Shown one piece after another: positions 29,262 through 36,700 of a stretch of 64,000 bases of DNA. Each line of letters starts with the position of its first letter. Positions within the stretch are counted from its first letter, which is position 1. The stretch is from an uncultured Candidatus Binatia bacterium (GTDB lineage Bacteria > Desulfobacterota > Binatia > UBA9968 > JAJDTQ01). Made by a program: the position numbers and the translations under genes. The DNA lies in the NCBI GenBank assembly GCA_965242525.1, contig OZ251459.1:960001-1024000 (forward strand), given 5' to 3'. Below the pieces are notes generated by a model. The model saw nothing but the letters and a program-made list of their open reading frames with translations, was not told the origin of the DNA and did no database searches.

Positions 29262-29591
29262 ATGGCGCGCTGCATCTATTGCGGGGAAGGGGCCGGCCTG
29301 TGGGCCCGGAGTTGCCGGGACTGCCGGCGGCTGGAGGAGACGGCCCGGACCCATGCGGGCCAGGTGGGTTTCAGCGAGCTGCTGGACCGGCTGGAGGAGA
29401 CCGGGGTCCCGCCCGAGAAGATCATGCGCTTCCTCAAGGCCGACCCGGACGGCCGCGGCAGCGTGCGGGACCGTTTGACCGCGGACATGACCAACGAGCT
29501 GTTGAAGGTCATGGGAATCAACGAACGGCAGACCCCGGGAGACGTGGAACGCATCCGCAAGGGCGGCGAGAAAGCCTCGGGTCCCAAGTGA
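29262..29591 (+). CDS. Hypothetical protein with N-terminal CxxC-x9-CxxC zinc ribbon
   Basis: MARCIYCGEGAGLWARSCRDC; operonic position. Confidence 0.65.
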   Translation: MARCIYCGEGAGLWARSCRDCRRLEETARTHAGQVGFSELLDRLEETGVPPEKIMRFLKADPDGRGSVRDRLTADMTNELLKVMGINERQTPGDVERIRKGGEKASGPK

Positions 29592-29652
29592 CGCCCCCGA
29601 CCCGGGAGGCTTCCGGCGTTCCGCCGCGGCGCCCGCGGCCCCATTCCGCCCC

Positions 29653-30141
29653 ATGGAACTGACCCTCTACCTGTCCGTCCTGTTCCTGGGCGCGTACCTC
29701 GCGGCCCTGGCCGTGCGCAGGCTGCGTTTCCGGCGCGACCGCAGGCGCATGGAGCGGGATGCGCGTTCCGGCGGCAAGGTGGTCGCCGGAGTGGACGAGC
29801 TGCCTTCGGGCCAGGTGAAGAAGTTCTGGCTCATCTGCGGGAAGCACCGCATCGACTGTTTCGTGGTCAACCACCGCGGCCGGTTCCGGGCCTACGTCAA
29901 CAGTTGCCGCCATATGGTGACGCCGCTGGACTTCGTCCGCTACAGCTTCTTCAGCGAGGACGGCCGGCACTTGGCGTGCGCCACCCACGGCGCCCTCTAC
30001 GAGCCGGACACGGGCTTGTGCGTGGACGGTCCGTGCAAGGGCCTTTCGCTGCACCGGCTGCCCGTGGTTGTGGACCGGGGCGCGGTCGTTGTACGTTGCC
30101 CGGAAGGGGACCTGTCGTTCCTGAGGGAGATGGCGGACTGA
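29653..30141 (+). CDS. Rieske [2Fe-2S] protein with N-terminal membrane anchor
   Basis: TM helix; NSCRH...CATHGALY, CVDGPC. Confidence 0.85.
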   Translation: MELTLYLSVLFLGAYLAALAVRRLRFRRDRRRMERDARSGGKVVAGVDELPSGQVKKFWLICGKHRIDCFVVNHRGRFRAYVNSCRHMVTPLDFVRYSFFSEDGRHLACATHGALYEPDTGLCVDGPCKGLSLHRLPVVVDRGAVVVRCPEGDLSFLREMAD

Positions 30142-30203
30142 CCACGCGCTCCGGGACCGGATACGGAAACAGGGCCACTGGCGAAAGGAAACCGGACGAA
30201 CCC

Positions 30204-30587
30204 ATGCCGCGGCGTCCCACAGGCAGGAAGATCGGGCGCAGGGAGGACTTCCCCGACGGCAGCAGCCGGAAGTTCACGCTCCGTTGCCGCGGCGAAAGCC
30301 TGGAGGGGTTCGCCTTCGGCTTCCGGGGGCGGCTGTTCGCCTACGTGAACCGCTGCCGCCACGTGCCGCTGCCCATGGATTGGGTCGATAACCGGTTCTT
30401 CACCGAGGACCAACGCCACCTCGTGTGCGCCAACCACGGCGCCCTCTACGAGCCCGCCACCGGCGAGTGCCTCTGGGGGCCTTGCGCCGGGGCGTGGCTG
30501 CGGAAGATCCCCCTGCGGGTGGAGGCGGGCGCGGTGCGGGCGTTCTGTCCCGAAGACGACCGAGGGGAGGCAAGGGAAAGTGGCTGA
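30204..30587 (+). CDS. Soluble Rieske [2Fe-2S] ferredoxin
   Basis: NRCRH...CANHGALY, CLWGPC; start MPRRP at 30204. Confidence 0.85.
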   Translation: MPRRPTGRKIGRREDFPDGSSRKFTLRCRGESLEGFAFGFRGRLFAYVNRCRHVPLPMDWVDNRFFTEDQRHLVCANHGALYEPATGECLWGPCAGAWLRKIPLRVEAGAVRAFCPEDDRGEARESG

Positions 30588-30924
30588 CTGCCTGTTCTGC
30601 GGCATCGCAAGCGGGGAGGTCCCCGCGGACGTCGTCCATGACGACGAATGGGTGCTCGCCTTCCGGGACATCGACCCCAAGGCGCCGGTGCACCTGCTGA
30701 TCATCCCGCGAAAGCACATCGCCAGCGTCATGGAGCTGGAGCCGGAAGACGGCGAGGCCATGGGCCGCGCCATGCTGGCGGCCCGGCGGCTCGCCCGCGA
30801 GAACGGCCTGTCCGAACGGGGGTTCCGTATCGCGGTGAACTGCGGACCCGACGCCGGCCAGAGCGTCTCCCACGTCCATCTCCATCTCCTGGGGGGCAGG
30901 GCGCTGGGTTGGCCGCCCGGGTGA
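30580..30924 (+). CDS. hinT: Histidine triad nucleotide-binding protein (HINT)
   Basis: DCLFC, AFRDIDPKAPVH, GQSVSHVHLHLLGGR, WPPG. Confidence 0.92.
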   Translation: MADCLFCGIASGEVPADVVHDDEWVLAFRDIDPKAPVHLLIIPRKHIASVMELEPEDGEAMGRAMLAARRLARENGLSERGFRIAVNCGPDAGQSVSHVHLHLLGGRALGWPPG

Positions 30925-31031
30925 CGGGAGACCCAGTCCGCCGCCTGAGGCAAAGGGTTCGGACCGGAGCGCCCGGCCCGGCGCGGGCAAGGCCCCGGCC
31001 GGACGCTCCTCGAAAAAGGACGAGCGAAGAC

Positions 31032-31592
31032 ATGATCAACGCGACGCAGCTTCGGACCGGGATGGTCATCCTCTACGAGGGCGAGCCCTACCGGGTGACG
31101 GCCGTCAGGCACCTCACCCCCGGAAAGGGCCACGGCTTCATGCAGACCAAGCTCAAGAGCCTGCGCACCGGGGCGGGCGCCGAGCACAAGTTCCGCTCCG
31201 ACGACAGGGTCGATCGGGCAACGCTGGAAAGCCGCGAGATGCAGTACCTCTATGCGGAGGGCGACCTCCACACCTTCATGGACACCGAGAGCTACGAGCA
31301 GACCGAGCTCTCGTCCGAAGACGTGGGCGGCGTGCTGCCGTACCTGCTGCCCACCCACGTGGTGAACGTCGAGACGTTCGAGGGCAGTCCGGTGGGGGTG
31401 AGCTTCGCCTCGGCCGTGGAGCTGGAGGTGGTGGAGACGGAACCCTCCCTGAAAGGCGCCACCGCCTCGGCCTCCTACAAGCCCGCCAAGCTGGAGACCG
31501 GGGTGACCGTGCAGGTGCCGCCGTTCATCCAGGTGGGCGACCGGATTCGGGTGGATCCGTCGGAAGGAAAATATATCGAGCGGGCGAAATAG
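31032..31592 (+). CDS. efp: Elongation factor P
   Basis: HLTPGKG loop, YLY, KGATA, KPAKLETG..VQVPPFI..GD.I.VD...G.YIERA. Confidence 0.95.
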   Translation: MINATQLRTGMVILYEGEPYRVTAVRHLTPGKGHGFMQTKLKSLRTGAGAEHKFRSDDRVDRATLESREMQYLYAEGDLHTFMDTESYEQTELSSEDVGGVLPYLLPTHVVNVETFEGSPVGVSFASAVELEVVETEPSLKGATASASYKPAKLETGVTVQVPPFIQVGDRIRVDPSEGKYIERAK

Positions 31593-32178
31593 CCGCGACC
31601 GCTTCCCAGACTTTGGCCACGGCCTCCCGCAGGTCCGGGAGGGAGCCGTCGTTCTCGATGACGAAGTCGGCCAACCGCCGCTTCTCCGCCAGGGGCATCT
31701 GCGCTTCCAGGTGCCTTTGGATGTCGGCGTCCCCGAGACCGTCCCGCCGGCGCAGGCGCTGCTCCTGGGTCTTCCGGGCGCAGGCCACCAGTATGACCGG
31801 ACGGAGCCAGTGATGGATCTTCGCCTCGAACAGGAGCGGCGCGTCATAGACCACGAACTCGGAGTCCCGGGAGCGCTCGAGGATGCGCTCCCGGGCCAGA
31901 GCGCGGATCCTGGGATGGGTGACGGCTTCCAGGCGCTTGCGGCTGGCCGGGTCCCGGAAGACCATCCGGCGCAGGTGCGCCCGGTCCAGGGTCTCGTCCG
32001 GCCGGAGGACGCCGCGGCCGAACAGGGCGACGATCTCGCGCCAGGCGTCCCGGCCCGGCTCCACCACCTCCCGGGCCAGGCTGTCGGCATCGACCACCGC
32101 GGCCCGGTCGCCGAGCAGGGAGGAGACCGTGCTCTTGCCGGTGGCGATTCCCCCGGTCAGGCCGATTACCTTCGCCAT
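31525..32178 (-). CDS. coaE: Dephospho-CoA kinase
   Basis: IGLTGGIATGKST, DAD, LDR..L...VF, THP, DAPLLFE, ADFVIENDG. Confidence 0.95.
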   Translation of the reverse strand: MAKVIGLTGGIATGKSTVSSLLGDRAAVVDADSLAREVVEPGRDAWREIVALFGRGVLRPDETLDRAHLRRMVFRDPASRKRLEAVTHPRIRALARERILERSRDSEFVVYDAPLLFEAKIHHWLRPVILVACARKTQEQRLRRRDGLGDADIQRHLEAQMPLAEKRRLADFVIENDGSLPDLREAVAKVWEAVAAISPARYIFLPTDPPESGRPPG

Positions 32179-32363
32179 GTGGCTGCTCGCGGAGACGACG
32201 GGTCCGGGAAGCCGCTCGCGTCAACCCGGCCGGCAGGCTTGCAGTCCGAACACGGAGGGAATGGGATGAGACGCGCGAGCCGCGTGCCGGCGCGCCCGGA
32301 GGCCATGCATGGGTCTCCTCGTAGCAACTTTCCGTTTGGCCATCAACCGGGCCGGGGAGGCGG

Positions 32364-33485
32364 ATGAACCCCATGGAAGTGCCGTTGCTGGACCTGAAGC
32401 TCCAGTACGAAACCATCCGGGACGAGGTCCGGGAGGCGGTCCTGAGGGTGTGCGCGTCCCAGCGCTTCATCCTGGGTCCCGAGGTCGAGGAGCTGGAAGG
32501 GGCCGTCGCCGCCCATGCCGGGACGCGGTTCGCCGTCGGCGTCTCATCGGGCACCGACGCGCTACTGGCGACGCTGATGGCGCTGGAAGTGGGACCCGGC
32601 CACGAGGTGGTGGCGCCGGCGTATTCGTTCGTGGCCACCGCGGGCGTGGTGGCGCGGGTGGGGGCGCGCCCGGTCTTCGTCGATATCGAACCGGCGACGT
32701 TCCACATGGACCCCGAAGCCGCGGCCGCCCGCATGGGCCCCCGCACCCGCGCCGTCATCCCGGTCCATCTCTTCGGGCGCAGCATGGACCTGGACCCGGT
32801 GCTGGAGGCGGCCGGCCCGCGGGGGGCCGCGGTGGTGGAGGACGCCGCCCAGTCCTTCGGCGCCGCGGACTCCGGGGGCCGGAGCGCGGGCTCGGTGGGG
32901 GCCGCAGGCTGCTTTTCCTTCTATCCCAGCAAGAACCTGGGCGCCTTCGGCGACGGCGGGATGGTGGTCACCGACCATGAGGAGACGGCGCGGCGCCTCC
33001 GCATGGTGCGGGTGCACGGGGAAGCGCCCAAGTACCACCACCGGCTCATGGGGGGGAACTTCCGCCTGGACAGCCTCCAGGCCGCGGTCCTCCGGGTGAA
33101 GCTCAAGTACGTGCGGGAGTGGACCGAGGCCCGGCGCGAGAAGGCCCGGCGATACCGGGAGCTCCTCGCGCCGGCTGCGTCGGAGGACCGGCTCGTGCTG
33201 CCGGGGGACTGCCCGGGCCACGTGTACAACCAGTTCGTCATCCGCTCGCCCGAGCGGGACCGCCTGCGTTCCTTTCTGAAAGAGCACGGAGTGGCCACCG
33301 AGGTCTATTATCCGGCGCCCCTGCACCTGCAGGACTGCTTCCGGTATCTGGGCCACGGCCCGGGGGACTTCCCGCACGCGGAAGAGGCGGCCCGGAGCTC
33401 CCTGGCCCTGCCCATCTATCCCGAGCTGGCGCCCGCGCAACAGGAATACGTGTGCGACCGCATCCACCGGTTCCTCCGGCGCTGA
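32364..33485 (+). CDS. DegT/DnrJ/EryC1/StrS PLP-dependent sugar aminotransferase
   Basis: VSSGTDAL, PVHLFG, EDAAQ, SFYPSKNLGAFGDGG, NFRLDSLQAA. Confidence 0.93.
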   Translation: MNPMEVPLLDLKLQYETIRDEVREAVLRVCASQRFILGPEVEELEGAVAAHAGTRFAVGVSSGTDALLATLMALEVGPGHEVVAPAYSFVATAGVVARVGARPVFVDIEPATFHMDPEAAAARMGPRTRAVIPVHLFGRSMDLDPVLEAAGPRGAAVVEDAAQSFGAADSGGRSAGSVGAAGCFSFYPSKNLGAFGDGGMVVTDHEETARRLRMVRVHGEAPKYHHRLMGGNFRLDSLQAAVLRVKLKYVREWTEARREKARRYRELLAPAASEDRLVLPGDCPGHVYNQFVIRSPERDRLRSFLKEHGVATEVYYPAPLHLQDCFRYLGHGPGDFPHAEEAARSSLALPIYPELAPAQQEYVCDRIHRFLRR

Positions 33486-33568
33486 GTCCCCCCGGACCGT
33501 CGCCATCGCCCTGCCCACGCCGCAAGACCCTTACCCGCACGGAAACCGCAAGACCTCGTTTCCGCCAT

Positions 33569-33640
33569 GGAAACCCTGAATTCGACTCCGCTTGCGCTAC
33601 GCTCAGGACGAACGGAGACAGGGGTCAGGGTGAGGGGATC
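33569..33640. mobile_element. Truncated MITE-like element (one inverted end plus REP-like core)
   Basis: ggaaaccctgaa followed by ttcgactccgcttgcgctacgctcaggacgaacggag. Confidence 0.6.
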
Positions 33641-33707
33641 ATCACACCGGCAACCGGACCGGTGCAAGCTGTCGGGACGACCGCGCAAGGCCTACCCCGC
33701 GCAAGGC

Positions 33708-36700
33708 CTACCACCGGACGCGCAGGTTCAGGTTGACGCCGTGTTCGGGGCGGGCGGTGCGGCGCTCTCTGCGTTCGGCCTCCAGGTCCAGCGCCAGTGA
33801 TCCCTTCCCCTTCAGGCGGCTTCCCACCCGGTACTTCCGGCCTCCGTCGCCCCAAAGCCCCGCGCCTGCATACGGCGTCCACACCCCGCGGCCCGACAGC
33901 CCGATCCCGTAACCCATCTCCGTCTCCACGCGACCTCCGGGAACCCTGCTCCTGTCCGACCCGGCGTCCGCCAACCTTTCCTCCCACAGACGCCCCACGC
34001 CGCTCCCCGTCTCTCCCCACGAAGGCGCCACCTTCAGCAGCCAACCCAGCCCCTCGGTCCCGGACACCCACGACACCGATCCCCCGGCTCCCCACTCATG
34101 GACCTTGCCGCCGTGCCACGCCAACCCGCGCCAGTTGCCCTCCAACCTGAGGCCCGACCCCGGGAACGCATACGCCAAGGCGCCCCCCGACTCGATCCCC
34201 GCTCCCGTCTGTCCGTCCCCTCCGTCCCACCTGGCCCCGAACTCGCTCCGCAACTCCAGCGCCCCCCACCGCGTGGTCCCTTCCACCGCGGTCCGCAACC
34301 GGTACGTCTCCACCGTCACCCCGGCGATCAACTCCCCGTTGTCGTCCACCTTCAGTTGCGCGACCCGTCCTTCCCCCTTCATCTCCACTCGCGTGCGCCC
34401 GACCTCCAGCAACCCCATCCTCCCGCCCAGCGCCCCGCCCGCCAGACGACTGCCGCTCTTCTGCTCCCCGTACCGCCCCGCCAGTTCCTCGTCCACGATC
34501 CGCACCTCCCCCTCCCCATAGCCCACCGCCGTCCACACCGACCAACCCCCGTCCCCCGACAACCAACCCATGTACGGCTGCACGCTCACCATCCACCCCT
34601 CGTGCCGACCGGGAGCCGCGCCGGCCCCGTACTCCGCCCGGCTCTCGTACCAGGACCCCGACAACCCTCCCAGCAACCGGCCTCCCCACAACTCCTGCCC
34701 CCAGACCCCGTCCATCCCCACGTTCCCGCCGTACACCTCCCCTTCCCAATCCCCCACGTCCGTCCCCTTCACCAGCAGGCTCCGGTAGTCACCGCTCCCC
34801 CACAACCCCAGGTCCGAGACTCCGCCCGTTCCTCCGCCGCCTTCCGACAGCCCCAGCGAAAGCCACCGGCCCGACACCATCCTGTTCCAGTTCAGTTCGC
34901 CCTTCCTCGACGCTTCCTCATGCCCCTCCAGCATCTCCGCCACCCGGTCCAACCCTTCCCCTACGGTCCCGCCGCCAACCCCTTGCGCCATCTCCTCCAC
35001 GCGCCTCGCCACCGCTTCCATGGCCCCGCCCCACATGGCGCGCGACAACTCCGGCAGGATCGCTTCGTTGACCCTCTTCAACCGCGCCCGCGACAGCGTC
35101 TTCGCCGACAACACCTCGATGGTGAACTCCAACTCCGCAGTCTGTCCGTCCCGGTCCGTCGCCGTCCACCGGTAGGCCCTCCGGGGGAACTCCTCCGTGG
35201 GCGTCCCCGACAGGGTCCGCGACGCCGGGTCGAACCGCAGCCCCGGAGGCAACACCTGCGGCTGCGGCAGCAACGCGTGCTCCGTCCCGTCCCCGCCCGA
35301 GGCCGCCGGCAACACCACCCGCACGTCCCGCCCCAACGCGAACACCATCCGCGTCATGGTGAAGTCGGACGGGAACACCGGCCGCGTGTCCTCGTAACCC
35401 ACCGCAAAGAACGAGAAGGACGCGATGCCCGAAGCGCACACCCTCCCTCCGGACTCGCTCGAACCCTCCACTTCCGACCAGGTCTCCCCGTCGTAATGCA
35501 GCAGCAACAGGCGCCGCCCGCCCGCAGCGTCCCGCAGACCCTGCGGCACAGGCAGGCACAGCCGCACGCCCGCGGACGGGACCGTCCCCACCTGCACCGA
35601 CACGTCCACCACCGTCCGGGCCGCGGCCGGCCCCAGGTTGACCCCCTGGCCCGCCGGCGGGTCGGCCACCGGCGAGAAGGTCAGAGTCAGACGCTCGTTC
35701 TCGGTAGCCGGCTCCGGCAGGCTCGCCAGGTCCAGCTCGATCCCTGCCGGAACCCCCTCTTCCACCACCACCGTCACCGTGCGCCCCCTCACCGTATGCT
35801 CCGTCTCGCCCGCATCGCTGCCTACATCGATCAGGGTCTCGGGCCGCGGGGGAACCGGGGAAGGCGGAGGGGGCGGGTCCTCTGGCGTCCCGGTGGCCTC
35901 CGATGAGGGCTGGCTGTCCGGTTCGGTACTGTGGGTGGAGATGACCCGCACCGTGTAGGTCGTGCCCGTGTCCAGGCCGGTGATGACGTGGCTCGTGCCG
36001 GTGGTCACCTCCGCCTCCCGCTCCGCGGGGTCGTATTCCTCGCTCCCGGACTTCCATTGCACCTTGTAGCCGCTCGCGTCCGCCACCGCGCTCCAGGAAA
36101 CCGCGAGGCTGTCGGTGGGGCTGTCCGCCGCCGGCGCCACCGTCACTTGCGCCGGCGGCGGCAGCGTCGGCGTCCCGGTCGCTTCCGCAGAGGCCGCGCT
36201 GTCCGGGGCGTTCGTGTTGGTGGTGATGACCCGCACCGTATATTCCGTGCCCTGGGTCAGGCCGGTGATGACGTGGCTCGTGCCGGTAGCCGTCTCCTGC
36301 CGCGCGGAAGTGTCGTACACCTGGGCCCCGGACTTCCACTGCACCTTGTAGCCGCTCGCGCCGGTCACCGCGTCCCAGGAAACGGTGAGGCTGGTCAGCC
36401 CGGCCGGCGCCGCCCGCACGTTGCTCGGCACGCCCGGAGGCGGCTGCTGGGGTATCCCGGTCTCTTCCGAGGAGGCCGCGCTGTCCGGGGCGTTCGTGCG
36501 GGTGGAGATGACCCGTATCGTGTATTCCGTGCCCCCGGTCAGGCTGGTGATGGTGTAGCTCGTGCCGCTGCTCACCGTCGCCTGCCGGGTGGCGGCGTCG
36601 TACCCCTGGCTCCCGGACTTCCACTGCACCTTGTAGCCGTTCGCGTTGGTCCCGGCAGTCCAGGAGACCGCGAGGCTCTCCACCGCCGGCGTCGCCGTCA

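Noticed and set aside
31525-31592. 68-bp 3' overlap of convergent efp and coaE
   Set aside because: Most simply a non-conserved C-terminal run-on of coaE; no evidence of function.
33681-33712. 16-bp tandem duplication ccgcgcaaggcctacc spanning the adhesin stop codon
   Set aside because: Real, but a single local slippage event with no coding consequence.
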